DNA of 64,000 nucleotides, taken from positions 416,001-480,000 of the forward strand of contig CAVXGR010000018.1 of NCBI GenBank assembly GCA_963761335.1, given 5' to 3'. The position numbers and the translations under genes are program-made. Source of the stretch: an uncultured delta proteobacterium. Its GTDB lineage: Bacteria > Desulfobacterota > Binatia > HRBIN30 > BPIQ01. The notes beneath the pieces were generated by a model that saw nothing but the letters and a program-made list of their open reading frames with translations, was not told where the DNA came from and ran no database searches. Of this stretch, positions 30,202-46,104 are shown piece after piece (the first letter of the stretch is position 1; each line of letters opens with the position of its first letter).

Positions 30202-31032
30202 TCAGGACTTGTCCTTCCAGTCGCGGCGGAACATCACCACCATGAAGCCGCCGAGGGCGAGCACCGTCACCACGCCGGCGAGGCGAACCATGTTCATGGC
30301 CACGGCGCTGTACTTCCCGGTGATCGGATCGTAGTGAAAGCAGTAGAGCAGCAGCTGGTCCACCGGCGTGCCGATCTTGTTGCCCGACGCCTCGATCAGG
30401 CCGAGGCGCATGTCCTTGGGGGCGAACTCGACCCCGAAGAAGTAGCGCGAGATGTGCCCATCGGCCGTCAGCAGGGTGAGCCCGGTGGCATGCGCGTACT
30501 GCTTCTGCTCCTCGTCCCAGACGTAGCGGAAGCCGACCGCCTTGGTGAGCTCGGTGATCGCATGCGGGTCGCCGGTGAGGAAGTGCCAGCCGTCGGCGGC
30601 GCCGGGGCGGCCGTACTGCTCGATGTAGGTCTGTTTTTTCGCCGCTGCCAGCGCCGGTGTCTCCCGAGGGTTGAAGCTGACGGTCAGCACCTCGAACTGC
30701 TCGCCGACGTTGAAGGTCAAGATCTTCAGGGCCTTCTCCAAGCCGTTGAGCGTCAGGGTGCACAGCATCGGGCACTCGTAGTACACCAGCGCCAGGATCA
30801 CCGGCTTGCTGCCGAAGTACTTGCGCAGCGGCACCTCCTGCCCGTGCTCATCGCGGAACACCAGGTCGAGCGGCACCTGGGCGCCGAGGTGCTGGTCGAT
30901 GCCGATCTCGCGCAGGATCTTGTCCTGCTTCGCGGAGTTCGCGGCCCGCGCCGGCAGCGCCGCGCACAGCAGCGCCAGCATCAGCGCCGCGGTCACCGAT
31001 ACCGCCGTCCTTCTGCGCGTGCGGGAAGTCAT
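30202..31032 (-). CDS. SCO/SenC copper chaperone
   Basis: YYECPMLC (CxxxC), conserved His (YAHA); position within the act-cox operon. Confidence 0.9.
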   Translation of the reverse strand: MTSRTRRRTAVSVTAALMLALLCAALPARAANSAKQDKILREIGIDQHLGAQVPLDLVFRDEHGQEVPLRKYFGSKPVILALVYYECPMLCTLTLNGLEKALKILTFNVGEQFEVLTVSFNPRETPALAAAKKQTYIEQYGRPGAADGWHFLTGDPHAITELTKAVGFRYVWDEEQKQYAHATGLTLLTADGHISRYFFGVEFAPKDMRLGLIEASGNKIGTPVDQLLLYCFHYDPITGKYSAVAMNMVRLAGVVTVLALGGFMVVMFRRDWKDKS

Positions 31033-31571
31033 TTCGCCTTTCCTTCGGCCGGCGCTGCCGCAGCGCTGCCGGCGGCTGCACCTGCCTGCGCCCCTTCTGC
31101 CGCACGGCTCTGCTCGGCCGCGGGCGCGTTCGGGGGCACGCCCATCTCGGCTCCGGGGCCGTTTGCCGGCGCCGTGCTGGTCGGCCGTTGGCCGGCGGCC
31201 GCGAGATCCATGGCGCGCTCGATGGGGATGTGGACGATGCCGGCGTTGCGGTCCACCCAGCCGTAGCTGTCGAGCACGACATTCTCCTCGAATCGCATCT
31301 GCAGCAAATCGGCGCGCGGATTGGTCTGCAGTCGGGGCGCCGGGGGGACCTTCGGCCCGAGCTTCTGGGCGAGGACGTTGGGCGGCGGGCTCTGGCGGAC
31401 TTCGCGGGCGCCGAACTGCTCGATGACCAACCAGGCGAGAGCGTAGACCAGGCCCCAGGCGAGCGCCAGGCTGAGCACCGCGATGATCAGCGGCCGGAAA
31501 CGAATGTCGCGTTTCTCGTGGCCGACGCCGCCGTGCGGTTGATGTGCTGTCGGTTCTCCCGAAGTGGCCAT
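31029..31571 (-). CDS. ActG-like single-TM accessory subunit of alternative complex III
   Basis: ATG at 31571; GHEKRDI, TM, PPAPRLQ, LDSYGWVD..AG.VHIPIERAM. Confidence 0.75.
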   Translation of the reverse strand: MATSGEPTAHQPHGGVGHEKRDIRFRPLIIAVLSLALAWGLVYALAWLVIEQFGAREVRQSPPPNVLAQKLGPKVPPAPRLQTNPRADLLQMRFEENVVLDSYGWVDRNAGIVHIPIERAMDLAAAGQRPTSTAPANGPGAEMGVPPNAPAAEQSRAAEGAQAGAAAGSAAAAPAEGKAK

Positions 31572-31579
31572 GCTCTCTC

Positions 31580-32764
31580 TTACGAAGACAGTGACGGATC
31601 GTTGAGTGGCAGCAGCGGCCGGCTCTTCAGCTGCCAGATGTAGGTGCCCACCCAGATGCCGCCGAGACCGATGGCGACGGCGAGATCCAACCAGTGGAAC
31701 GGCCCGCCGGTGTGGGGAAACGACGGAGCGATGACCCAGTAGACGTCGATGAAGTGCACGAAGACGAGCGCCATTGCCACCACCAGCAGCGAGTTGGCGC
31801 GCTGCTTGACGTCGCGCATCAGCAGCAGCACGAACGGCACACAGAAGTGGAAGAGGATCAGGAAGATCGCGATGCCTCCCCAGCCGCCCGCCTTGCGGTT
31901 CACGTACCAGGGGATCTCCTCGGCGAGGTTGCCCGACCAGATCAGCAGGAACTGCGAGAAGGCGAAATACGCCCACAGCATGACGAAGGCGAGCAGCAGG
32001 TTTCCGAGATCGTGGAACTGCTTGTAGCTCACCGCCTCGGCCATGCGCCCGCGGCGCGCCAGCAGCGCCATGATGGAGATGACGAAGGCGAAGGCCGAGA
32101 CCCCCTGGCCGCCGATGAACATGATCCCGTAGATGGTCGAGAACCAGTGGGGATCGAGCGACATGCCCCAGTCGATGGAGGCGAGCGTCACGGTGAGGGC
32201 ATACAGCAGGATCCCGCCGCGGCTCAGCAGCTGCAGCTTGCGGCCGAGGCGCGGGTCGGCGCTCTCGTCCTGCTGCGCCGACCATCGCATCAGCAGGCGC
32301 GACACCAGCACCCAGATGGCGAAGTAGATGACCGCGCGGCCGACGAAGAACGGCGCACTCAGATAGATGCCCTTGAAGCCGCTCAGCGGATGATGCGCCA
32401 TCTCCATCGGCCGCGCCCACGCGTAGAGGTGCGTCAGGCCGACGATGACCGGGATGAAGAGCAGCGCCAGAACCGGCAGGGTGGCGCTCCCGGACTCGAG
32501 CACGCGGCGGATCACCGCTCCCCAGGTGCCGCCGGTGATGTGCTGCAGCATGAGAATGGCGAGGCAGCCGAGGGCGATGCCGCTCCAGAAGATGTAGGAA
32601 ACCAGGTAGGAGCGGAAGAACTGCGTCGGCGTCAGCACGGCGCCGATCAGGGACAGCGCCAGGGCGATTCCGCCGATGACGAACGCCGGCGTCTGCAGCC
32701 GGTTGAGCAAGTCCTCGGGGCCGAGGAAGATCGCCTCTTCTCTGCTTTCCGCTCTGCTAGTCAT
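31580..32764 (-). CDS. actF: Alternative complex III membrane subunit F
   Basis: QHITGG.W....RR, DWGMSLDPHWFSTIYG, HDLGNLLLAF..LWAY..FSQFLLIW.GNL.EE. Confidence 0.9.
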   Translation of the reverse strand: MTSRAESREEAIFLGPEDLLNRLQTPAFVIGGIALALSLIGAVLTPTQFFRSYLVSYIFWSGIALGCLAILMLQHITGGTWGAVIRRVLESGSATLPVLALLFIPVIVGLTHLYAWARPMEMAHHPLSGFKGIYLSAPFFVGRAVIYFAIWVLVSRLLMRWSAQQDESADPRLGRKLQLLSRGGILLYALTVTLASIDWGMSLDPHWFSTIYGIMFIGGQGVSAFAFVISIMALLARRGRMAEAVSYKQFHDLGNLLLAFVMLWAYFAFSQFLLIWSGNLAEEIPWYVNRKAGGWGGIAIFLILFHFCVPFVLLLMRDVKQRANSLLVVAMALVFVHFIDVYWVIAPSFPHTGGPFHWLDLAVAIGLGGIWVGTYIWQLKSRPLLPLNDPSLSS

Positions 32765-33356
32765 TCGCCTTCAGCTTCTGTTGCTCCGCGGCGGGAACGT
32801 CCGACAGGCGCGCGTCCTGGCTCAGCTGCAGGGCGCGGATGTAGGCGATGATCGCCCAGCGGTCGTGCACCGGCACCTGCCCCCGATAGCTCGGCATGGC
32901 GCCGAAGCCGTGGGTGATCACGTCGAAGATATAGCCGTCGGCGATTCCCCGCAGCCGGTTGGTGTGGAAGCTGGCGGCACGCCGGTAGCCGCGCCGCACG
33001 ATCATGCCTTCGCCGGTGCCGACGCGGTCGTGACACGGCGAGCAGTAGATGTTGAAGCGCTGCTGCCCGCGCTCCAGAAGGGCGCGGTTCACCTCGAGTG
33101 GGTTCTCGCGGACGAACTCCTTTCCGGATTTCCCCGTCTCGATCACCGGGTCCGCCTCCAGCTGGCCGCGGGCGACGGTGCCGGGGAGCTGGTGGCGCGA
33201 CGAGCGGCCGTCGGCGAAGAAGGCGCTTGGCTGCAGCGGCTTGAACTTGGGCTGGTCCGCCATCTGCTGGCGGCAGCCGGCGGCGCCGGCAAGCAGCAGC
33301 GCTGCCGCCACCACCGCCGTCCGGCGCGAAAGGCGTCGTCTCTGCGCGGCGCGCAT
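32757..33356 (-). CDS. actE: Alternative complex III monoheme cytochrome c lipoprotein E
   Basis: Lipobox AAGC; M.DQPK.KP; GTVARG; CSPCH; GFGAMPSY; DRWAIIAYIRALQ. Confidence 0.9.
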   Translation of the reverse strand: MRAAQRRRLSRRTAVVAAALLLAGAAGCRQQMADQPKFKPLQPSAFFADGRSSRHQLPGTVARGQLEADPVIETGKSGKEFVRENPLEVNRALLERGQQRFNIYCSPCHDRVGTGEGMIVRRGYRRAASFHTNRLRGIADGYIFDVITHGFGAMPSYRGQVPVHDRWAIIAYIRALQLSQDARLSDVPAAEQQKLKAND

Positions 33357-33358
33357 GC

Positions 33359-33889
33359 TCAGTGCTCCACCTCGGTCACGGTGCGCGGCACCGAGCGCTC
33401 CAGGAAGCGGCGCGTTCCGTCGCGGTCGAACTTCGGATCGGTGGCCTCGATGCACAGAAAGAAGCGGTCGCGACTCGCCAGCGCAAATCGCGGTACGTTG
33501 AACACCGGGTGATACGGCTGTGGCAGCCCGTTCAGCGCCAGCATGCCGAGCACCGCGGCGAGCGCCGCGAACAGCACCGTCAGCTCGAAGGTGATCGGAA
33601 TGAAGGATGGCCAGCTGTTCAGCGGCCGGCCGCCGACGTTGAGCGGATAGTAGATCGCCGACGCCCAGTACTGTCCGAAAAAGGCGGTGAAGGTGCCGAG
33701 CAGTCCGCCGATCAACACGATCAGCGGCAGCGTCCGCCGCGGGCCGAGCTCGTGGTTGAGCTCCTCGATCGGGAACGGCGTGTACGCATCCATGTGCGTG
33801 TAGCCATCCTCCTTGGCGCGACGCACGGCGGCCAGCAGGTCGTTCGGGTCGTTGAACTCGGCCATCAGGCCGTAGATCGGCGGTCGCAT
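33359..33889 (-). CDS. actD: Alternative complex III subunit D (DUF3341)
   Basis: YGLMAEF, DAYTPFP, YPLNVGGRP.NSWP.FIP.TFELTVL, DRFFLCIE; start 33889 (the ORF track over-extends it). Confidence 0.9.
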   Translation of the reverse strand: MRPPIYGLMAEFNDPNDLLAAVRRAKEDGYTHMDAYTPFPIEELNHELGPRRTLPLIVLIGGLLGTFTAFFGQYWASAIYYPLNVGGRPLNSWPSFIPITFELTVLFAALAAVLGMLALNGLPQPYHPVFNVPRFALASRDRFFLCIEATDPKFDRDGTRRFLERSVPRTVTEVEH

Positions 33890-35279
33890 CACCCCACCTC
33901 CTCCTTGATCTCCGCCTCCGGTAGGAGCTGTCGCATCTCGAAGATCGAGATCATCGGCAGGAAACGGATGAAGAGGAACAGCAGACTGAGAAATAGACCG
34001 ATGGTGCCGAGGAAGGTCGCCCAATCCCAGATCGTCGGGTAGTACATTCCCCATGCGGAGGGCATGAAGTCGCGATGCAGGCTGGTGACGACGATGATGA
34101 AGCGCTCCAGCCACATGCCCACGTTGACGATCAGGGCGATAATGAACAGCACTACGGGGTTGCTGCGCACCCGCTGGAACCAGAGGAGCTGCACGACGCC
34201 GATGTTGCAGAACAGCAGGAGCCAGTACCAGGGGGCATACGGACCGCTCATGCGGTTGAAGATCATGTAGGTTTCGAAGGGGCTGCCGCTGTAGAAGGCC
34301 ATGAAGGCTTCGGTGACGTAGCCGTAGCCGACGATCAGCCCGGTGGCGAGCATCACCCGCGCCATCAGGTCGAGGTGGCGCTTGGTGACGAAGTCCTCCA
34401 GGCCGTAGGCCCAACGCAGCGGGATCGCCAGGGTCAGGACCATGCCGAACCCGGAGTAGATGGCGCCGGCCACGAAGTACGGCGGAAAAATAGTCGAGTG
34501 CCAGCCGGGGACGATGGCCACGGCGAAATCGAAGCTGACCACGGTGTGTACCGAGACCACCAGCGGCGTCGACAAGCCGGCCATCAGCAGGTAGGCCGTC
34601 TCGTAGCGGCTCCAGTGAATACTCGAGCCGCGCCAGCCCATGGCCAGCAGACCGTACGTGGCCCGGCCGATGCGGCTCGGGGAGCGGTCGCGCAGCGTCG
34701 CCAGGTCGGGGATGAGGCCGATGTACCAGAACATCAGCGACACGATGAGATAGGTGCTGACCGCGAAGACGTCCCACACCAGCGGGCTGCGGAACTGCGG
34801 CAGCAGCTGCATGGTGTTGGGGTAGGGCAGCAGCCAGTAGAAGAACCACGGCCGCCCCATGTGCAGCAGCGGGAAGATCCCGGCGCAGGCGACGGCGAAC
34901 AGCGTCATCGCCTCCGCGAAGCGATTGATCGAGGTGCGCCAGTTCTGCCGCAGCAGCAGCAGGATGGCGGAGATCAGCGTTCCGGCGTGGCCGATGCCGA
35001 TCCACCAGACGAAGTTGATGATGGCGAATCCCCAGGCGATCGGGATGTTGATGCCCCAGATGCCGACGCCTTTCACCAGCAGATAGGAGACGGCGACCAT
35101 CAGGGTCATGAACAGCAGGAAGGAGAGGAAGAAGCCGACGTACCAGCCGCGCGGCGTCGGCTGCGTCAGCACGATCGAGCTGATCTTCTCGGTGACCGAG
35201 CTGAAGTCGTGACCGGGGCCGATCACCGGCACCGGCCGGCCCGGCGGCGGGGCCGGTGCGGCCTCATCGGGGCGTTGGC

Positions 35280-35283
<4 letters not shown>
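33889..35283 (-). CDS. actC: Alternative complex III quinol-oxidising NrfD/PsrC subunit C
   Basis: NFVWWIGIGHAGTLISAIL, RFAEAMT, HMGRPW, SPLVWDVFAVSTY, SVHTVVSFDFA, GWHSTIFPPYFVAGAI. Confidence 0.95.
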
Positions 35284-38300
<3,017 letters not shown>

Positions 38301-38316
38301 TGGATTCTCGGGGCTC

Positions 38317-38967
38317 CTACCGGTGACAGGTGTCGCAATCCGTACGCGTTCGGATGTTGTATTCCTTGATCAGCTGCCGGCCCAGGGTCACCTGGTCGAT
38401 CTCGGGCTCCCACTCCATGTCGAAGACGTGCTCTTTCGGTCGGATGTAGAGCTCGGGATTGCGATGGCAGTTCAGGCACCACTCCATCTGCAGCGAGTTC
38501 TGCTTCCAGGTCAGGTTCATCTGGTCGACGCGGCCGTGGCAGGTGACGCAACCGACGCCCTTCTGTACATGGATGCTGTGGTTGAAATAGACAAAGCCCG
38601 CAAGCGAATGCACTTTCGTCCAGTGGATGGGTTTGTCGTTGCGAAAGCTGTCGCGCACCGGCTCCAGATACGGGCTGTTGATCCAGATCTGCGCATGACA
38701 GTTCATACAGGTCTGCGTCGGTGGGATGTTGGCGTAGCTCGAGTCCTCCACCGACGTGTGGCAGTAGCGACAATCGATGCCGAGCTCGCCCGCGTGATGG
38801 CGATGGCTGAACTGCACCGGCTGCTCGCGGGCGACCTGCGCAAGGGTTACGTACGACGATCGATTGATCATCGCCGACCCCCAGGCAATCGCGCCAAGCA
38901 CAAAGATGGCCCCGAATATGCTGAGCTTCGACAGCGTATTCGTGCTCGGGTGAAAAATTTGAGGCAT
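38317..38967 (-). CDS. actA: Alternative complex III pentaheme cytochrome c subunit A
   Basis: MPQIF, one TM, QPVQFSH..HAG; five CxxCH (CRYCH, CMNCH, CVTCH, CLNCH, CDTCH). Confidence 0.93.
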   Translation of the reverse strand: MPQIFHPSTNTLSKLSIFGAIFVLGAIAWGSAMINRSSYVTLAQVAREQPVQFSHRHHAGELGIDCRYCHTSVEDSSYANIPPTQTCMNCHAQIWINSPYLEPVRDSFRNDKPIHWTKVHSLAGFVYFNHSIHVQKGVGCVTCHGRVDQMNLTWKQNSLQMEWCLNCHRNPELYIRPKEHVFDMEWEPEIDQVTLGRQLIKEYNIRTRTDCDTCHR

Positions 38968-39105
38968 GCGTTGGCGCCAATCGTACTCAGAGTGAAACGG
39001 AAGGCAATATGGGGAGTCGAGAAATCAATTCAGCGATGCCAGTAGAGTCGTTTATGGGGCGCCCGCCGCGATCGGGACTCGCGGCGCCGCCCGGACGCAT
39101 CTTCG

Positions 39106-40533
39106 TCAACGCCCGCGTCCCGGCGCTGTTGGCGGCGGCAGCGTGCGGATGCGGGCGCGATAGGTGACGGTGGTCTCACCGCCGGCCGCGACGGCGACCT
39201 CGAAGCGCAGCGTGTGGGCATCGGCGCGGGTGTGCGGATGGGACGCCGAGAGCACCTCCCACTCCGCCGGCATCGGCTCCAGCAGCTTCACGTCGACGGG
39301 CTCCCCCTTGTGATTGCGGACACCGATCTCCCAGGCGACCTCCCAGCTACTCGAGTCGATCACCTTGTAATCCGTCTGCTTGCGCTCGCCGACCACGTCG
39401 AAGGACTGGCCCAGGTGCAGATGCACGCGCTCCCCGCGCGGCGTCTGCGGCAGGCGGTCCTCGCCCACGAACTGCTCGACGCCGCCGCCGGCGGCGGCGC
39501 GGTAGACGCGCGCCGTGCCGGCGGGCAGGGGCTCGTCCGAGGTGTTCTCCAGCTCGACCACCACCTCCGCATGCTGAGGTGGCGGCGGCTCCGGCTGCGG
39601 CCCGCGGCTGAAGTGCTCGGCGCCGCTCAGCACCAGGTACTTCGTGGCCTTGACCTGGGCCTGGAGGAGCTGCAGCTGCACCGACGCCTCCGGCCCGATC
39701 GTCGTGGGGCGATCGAGTGAGTAGACGTGATACTCGAAGAGGGGCTCTTGCGCCATCTCGGGCTGCGTCGCAGCGGCCCTCGCCTTCATCTCGAATGAGC
39801 GCGCGTACAGCGGCTGCGGTGCTGGCGCGCGGTTCACGGTGCCCGCCACCAGCTGGAGCTGAGCGTCCGGGTAGGCGGCGCCGCTGTGGTTTTCGACTGT
39901 TGCCCACGCGCTGAGGCGCGCCTCGGTCTCGTCGGCGGCGAGGCGCACGACGTAGTCGGCGCGCCAGCCGATTTGCTCGGTGAGGTAGGTCAGCTCGGTG
40001 GTGAATGCGGAGCTGGGCACCTTCGCCAGCTTCCAGATCAGCGTCGGCTCGGTCACCACCTCGGGGAGGTCGGGCAGCACCAGACGCCCGGGAGGATCGA
40101 GGAGGATCTGATCGCCGGCGCGGAAGACGCTCGGGTTGGCGGCGCTCAGCAGCGTCGCCTCGATCTGCTCGGCGACCCCGGTGGCCGGGTTGTCGCGCAC
40201 GATCTTCACCGTCTTGCCGACGTAGCTCTGCAGCAGCTGTGCGTTGCTCTGCAGATCGTCGGCAAAGCGCTGCTCGACGACGTCGATACCGCCTCTGCCG
40301 ATCTGCACGGAGCCCGGCAGCAGGTGCGCCGGCACTCCGGTCAGGCGCAGCTCGAGGTCCCCGGCGGCGGCCTGTACCCGACGCGTCTCGCGCACCAGGG
40401 CCAGGTTTGCCCCGTAGACGGTGAGGGCGAGGGAGGTGCGATCCGCGGCCGTCGAGACCATCGGGCCCGCAGAGGCGGGCGACGTCGCCAGGAGCGTCAG
40501 GCAGAGCAGGGGGAGAAGGAGAGCTCGTTTCAT
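39106..40533 (-). CDS. DUF4139-domain secreted protein
   Basis: Signal peptide; LTVY..NLALVRETR, LTYLT..IGWRADY, N.SG..Y, LFEYHVY, PLPAG..RVY, FVGED. Confidence 0.8.
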   Translation of the reverse strand: MKRALLLPLLCLTLLATSPASAGPMVSTAADRTSLALTVYGANLALVRETRRVQAAAGDLELRLTGVPAHLLPGSVQIGRGGIDVVEQRFADDLQSNAQLLQSYVGKTVKIVRDNPATGVAEQIEATLLSAANPSVFRAGDQILLDPPGRLVLPDLPEVVTEPTLIWKLAKVPSSAFTTELTYLTEQIGWRADYVVRLAADETEARLSAWATVENHSGAAYPDAQLQLVAGTVNRAPAPQPLYARSFEMKARAAATQPEMAQEPLFEYHVYSLDRPTTIGPEASVQLQLLQAQVKATKYLVLSGAEHFSRGPQPEPPPPQHAEVVVELENTSDEPLPAGTARVYRAAAGGGVEQFVGEDRLPQTPRGERVHLHLGQSFDVVGERKQTDYKVIDSSSWEVAWEIGVRNHKGEPVDVKLLEPMPAEWEVLSASHPHTRADAHTLRFEVAVAAGGETTVTYRARIRTLPPPTAPGRGR

Positions 40534-40634
40534 CAGACCGTCTCCGGGCGCGAGCGGCGCGCCGGGGCCGATCTATCGCGCCGCCGGGGCGGCTGCAAGC
40601 ATTCTTTGTCGAGGATCGGGGCGGCGCGGTGCCG

Positions 40635-42554
<1,920 letters not shown>

Positions 42555-42591
42555 TCCTAGCATCCCGCGTTCCGGGGGATGGGGCGCTACT

Positions 42592-43896
42592 TCAGCAGGC
42601 TTCTCGTGTCGGGATGGCTTGGCGGGGCGTGACTTTTGTCTCGAATGGAGCGTTCGCAGTTGCCGCTGCTTGGCCGAGCGCCTCGGCCTCGATCTCGACG
42701 ACGGTGATCTCCCGGGGCGTGAACAGGCGGATCCGCTGGCCGGTGCAGCCGAGCCCGCGGTTGACGTAGAGGAAGCTGTCGCCGTCGGCATAGAGGCCCC
42801 GGTCGTAGGGAGTGATGAAGCGGGCGAGGGTGAAGCGGCGGCCGCCGATCGGTGGCAGCGACAGCTGGCCGCCGTGGGTATGGCCGGAGAGAACCAGGTC
42901 CACGCCTGCCGCCGCCGCCTGCGGGAAGAGGTCGGGGCGATGCGAGAGCAGGATCACCGGCTCTCCCGGACAGAGATCCGCCTCGATGGCCTGCAGGCCC
43001 GGGTGGCGGCGGACGCCGCGTGCCCAGTCGCGCCCGAGATCGTCGACCCCGGCAATGTGCAGCCGGCAGCCGCCGACCTCGACGGTGGCGACCTGATTGC
43101 GCAGCAGGGTGAACGGCGTCAGCCGTCGCAGGCCGTCGCTGACCTCCTCGGCGCCGGCGGCGACGTCGTGGTTGCCGAGAATGACGAACACCCCCAGCCG
43201 CGCCCGCAGCCCGGCGAGCACCGGAAAGCCGCTGGCGATGGCGCTGGCGTGATCGAGCAGGTCGCCGGTGATGACGATCAGGTCGGCTTCCAGCCGGTTG
43301 ACGCGCCCGACGTACTCCCGCAGCAGGTCGGGTGACATGTAACCGCCGATGTGAATGTCGCTGATGTGGGCGATGCGCAGCCCGGCGAGGGCAGGGCCGG
43401 CGTGGCGCAGCGGCAGCCGCAGATGGGTGATGCCGAGGCGCTGATGGCCGAAGGTGTAGCCGTACAGAAAGAGCAGTCCGATGCCGAGCAGCCCGGCGGT
43501 CGAGGTCCACTGATATCCGGTCAGCGGCAGCGTGGCGACCAGGCCACGGTCTGCAGCCGCCAGGGAGACGTCCTGCGTCAGCATCGCCAGTATCTTCCAT
43601 GCGGCGGTATTGAAGAGGAGAAAGGCGAAGCCGAAGACGGAGGTGAAGGCGAAGGCGGCGTAGAGGCGCACGCCGCGGTGCTGCCAGCGCATCGGATGGC
43701 GGCGGACGAGCTTCATCACCGAGAAGTTGACGAGCCACACGATGAGCGGTCCGACGACGTGGGTCCATCCCGGCAGGTGAGCTCCGGCGGCGGCGGCCAG
43801 CCAGGCGCCGCAAGCCCATTCGCCGACGGCGATGGCAAACAGCAGCAGGCGGAAGAAATGGCGGAAAAATAGCCGCTGAGCTCGCTCGAGATCCAT
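42592..43896 (-). CDS. Membrane-anchored calcineurin-like metallophosphoesterase (YkuE/YaeI-like)
   Basis: N-terminal TMs; SDIH, TGDLLD, GNHD, LSH.P, SGHTHGGQ, YVNRGLG. Confidence 0.9.
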   Translation of the reverse strand: MDLERAQRLFFRHFFRLLLFAIAVGEWACGAWLAAAAGAHLPGWTHVVGPLIVWLVNFSVMKLVRRHPMRWQHRGVRLYAAFAFTSVFGFAFLLFNTAAWKILAMLTQDVSLAAADRGLVATLPLTGYQWTSTAGLLGIGLLFLYGYTFGHQRLGITHLRLPLRHAGPALAGLRIAHISDIHIGGYMSPDLLREYVGRVNRLEADLIVITGDLLDHASAIASGFPVLAGLRARLGVFVILGNHDVAAGAEEVSDGLRRLTPFTLLRNQVATVEVGGCRLHIAGVDDLGRDWARGVRRHPGLQAIEADLCPGEPVILLSHRPDLFPQAAAAGVDLVLSGHTHGGQLSLPPIGGRRFTLARFITPYDRGLYADGDSFLYVNRGLGCTGQRIRLFTPREITVVEIEAEALGQAAATANAPFETKVTPRQAIPTREAC

Positions 43897-43971
43897 TGAC
43901 GCGGGTGTCCGGGAAGCCGTTACGTTAGCCGAGCCCGGCGGGCTGGGCAACCGCGATGATGGCGATGATGG

Positions 43972-44841
43972 CTAGCTTCCGGGCCTCCCGACCGACGCGA
44001 TCAGTCCCTCGCCCAGCCACTGCTGCAGCATGCGCAGGGCGGCGGCGGCGGCGCTTTCGGCATCCGACTCTTCGCCGACGGCGCCGCAGATCGCCGCGAA
44101 CGAGGCGCCCTCGAGCAGCAGGGACAGACAGCGGTGTTCGAGAGCTTGGAGGCGGCGGTGGAAGACGCGGAGCTGCTGGCGCCACACCTGCACGCTCACC
44201 GCCTCGAGTCGCGCCGCCTCGCAGGCGCCGGCGCTGCCGGCCTCGGTGGCAGCTTCCGCCGCCACCGCCACTTCCCATACCGCGTCGGCGTTCCATTCCA
44301 GATCGAGGATCTGCACCGACGCCGTCGGCTGGAAGCGCGCCGCCGCCCAGCTGTCTGCGGGCAGCGACGCCAGCGCGGCGGCGCTGAGCACGGGCGTGTC
44401 GGCGGCGTCGAAGGAGTCCAGGATCGCCGCCTCGAGCCGCGCCAGGTCGGCGAGGAACGGATGCTCGCGAGCGAGCGGATGGCGGCGGAGGAACTCCGGC
44501 AGACGGACTCCGGCATGGCGCAGCGAGTAGTGCGCCGGCGGGTGCTCCAGCAGGTAGTCGGTGACCAGGTTGTGAAAACGCGTTTCCCCGAGGACGCCGA
44601 GCACTGCCGGATAATCCTCGCGGAGGCAGTCGAGGAGGCGGTAGAAATACATGTTGCCGTAGATGTCGAGGCGCTCGACCGCCCCGAGCCGCGCATCTCC
44701 GGCGACGATGTCGCCCAGCTCCGCCGCGGCGACGCCGCCTTCCGCCGCCAGCGCACGCAGGCCGCTGGCGACCCCCTCAGGCGCGGTGATCAGCTGCCAG
44801 AGAAGCCGTTGCAGCTCCCCCAGGGGCAGGGAAGAGGGCAT
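43972..44841 (-). CDS. DUF2063 (BufC/HvfC-type) MNIO partner protein
   Basis: ERLDIY.NMYFYRL..CL.EDYPAV...LG...F, LADLARLE..; GGAGG RBS; directly follows DUF692. Confidence 0.85.
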   Translation of the reverse strand: MPSSLPLGELQRLLWQLITAPEGVASGLRALAAEGGVAAAELGDIVAGDARLGAVERLDIYGNMYFYRLLDCLREDYPAVLGVLGETRFHNLVTDYLLEHPPAHYSLRHAGVRLPEFLRRHPLAREHPFLADLARLEAAILDSFDAADTPVLSAAALASLPADSWAAARFQPTASVQILDLEWNADAVWEVAVAAEAATEAGSAGACEAARLEAVSVQVWRQQLRVFHRRLQALEHRCLSLLLEGASFAAICGAVGEESDAESAAAAALRMLQQWLGEGLIASVGRPGS

Positions 44842-45658
44842 GGTTGGCCTCGCCGATTTGCCGGGCTCGCCGCAGCTCCGCTTCGAGCTCCGCGAACGGC
44901 GGGATGTTGTCGTCGCGCTCGATCAGCGTCGCGACCGGGCCGAAGCGCTGCAGCGCGTGCGCATACAGCTCCCACACCGGCTCGATGATGTCCTGGTCGT
45001 GGGTGTCGAGCCGGTAGGTGCCGTGGTCGGTGTGACCGGCCAGGTGAAACTGCCGGACGCGCGACGGCGGCACGGCGTCGATGAAGGTGCGCGGGTCGTA
45101 GCCATGGTTGAAGGCGCTGACGAAGACGTTGTTGACGTCCAGCAGCAGCAGGCAGTCGGCGCGCGCGGCCACGGCGCTGAGGAACTCCCACTCGGGCATC
45201 GCCGAGTGGCGGAAGGTCAGATAGCTGGAGACGTTCTCGAGCAGAAGTCGCCTGCCGAGGAAGTCCTGCACCTGTTGCACGCGCGAGACCACGTGTTCCA
45301 GGGCCTCCTCCGTGTACGGCAGCGGCAGGAGGTCGTGGAGGTTATGGCTGCCGATTCCGGTCCAGCACAGGTGGTCGGAAATCCATGCCGGCTCGACGCG
45401 CTGCGCCAGCCGCGCCAGCTCGCGCAGATAGCTGCGGTCGAGCGGATCGGCCGAGCCGATCGACAGCGACACTCCGTGCATGGCGATCGGATAGAGCGAG
45501 CGCACCTGATCGAGGATGTGAAGGGGGCGCCCCCCGGCGACCATGAAGTTCTCGGAGATGATCTCGAACCAGTCGACCGCCGGGCGGTGCTCGATGACGT
45601 GCTGGTAATGTGGCTTGCGGAGGCCGAGGCCGAAGCCGAGATCGAGGTGCGGGGGCAT
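44777..45658 (-). CDS. DUF692 multinuclear non-heme iron oxidative enzyme (MNIO; BufB-type)
   Basis: [65 protein letters not shown]; start 45658. Confidence 0.95.
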   Translation of the reverse strand: MPPHLDLGFGLGLRKPHYQHVIEHRPAVDWFEIISENFMVAGGRPLHILDQVRSLYPIAMHGVSLSIGSADPLDRSYLRELARLAQRVEPAWISDHLCWTGIGSHNLHDLLPLPYTEEALEHVVSRVQQVQDFLGRRLLLENVSSYLTFRHSAMPEWEFLSAVAARADCLLLLDVNNVFVSAFNHGYDPRTFIDAVPPSRVRQFHLAGHTDHGTYRLDTHDQDIIEPVWELYAHALQRFGPVATLIERDDNIPPFAELEAELRRARQIGEANHALFPAPGGAATASLAADHRA

Positions 45659-45744
45659 GGCTGGATTGCCGATGGCTTGAGCGGGACACGTGGGGCTGCC
45701 GGCGGTGCGGCGTCGCGCCGCCGGCAGCCCCTCCCGTCGTCGAA

Positions 45745-46011
45745 CTACTTCTTGATCGTGCCGCCCTTCTCCGTGCAGTCTGCAGCGCTGAGCTCGATCC
45801 AGCCCTTGCCCTTGCACTCGTTCATGCCGGCGCAGTCGTGACCGGCGCCGCCGCAGGCGCCCTTGCCCTTGCAGGCGTTCACGCCTTCGCACTTCACCTT
45901 GGCCTCTTTCCCGTTCGCCGGCGCCGCCTCCTGGCCGGCGAGGGCGACCTGGGCCGCGAACAATCCGGCGACCGCCACGGCGACGAGGGCGCCTTTGCTT
46001 GCACTCTTCAT
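45745..46011 (-). CDS. Secreted six-Cys RiPP precursor, bufferin BufA2-like
   Basis: Sec signal peptide; [44 protein letters not shown]; directly upstream of DUF692/DUF2063. Confidence 0.85.
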   Translation of the reverse strand: MKSASKGALVAVAVAGLFAAQVALAGQEAAPANGKEAKVKCEGVNACKGKGACGGAGHDCAGMNECKGKGWIELSAADCTEKGGTIKK

Positions 46012-46104
46012 CGGATTCCTCCTCTTCTCTTTACCGGGCTGCAGCCCGGGAGCTGTGTAAAGACCACCGACCTCGATCTTGTCAACGAGGCCATCTCTGC
46101 CATG

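Noticed and set aside
38968..39105. Possible FNR box or sigma-54 site upstream of actA
   Set aside because: Only a TTGAT half-site, and a TGGCAT without a correctly spaced GC.
44777..45892. DUF692 ORF extended upstream over the precursor, suggesting a frameshift fusion
   Set aside because: The extension is Arg-rich shadow sequence, no slippery site is evident at the precursor end, and the family motif begins right after ATG 45658.
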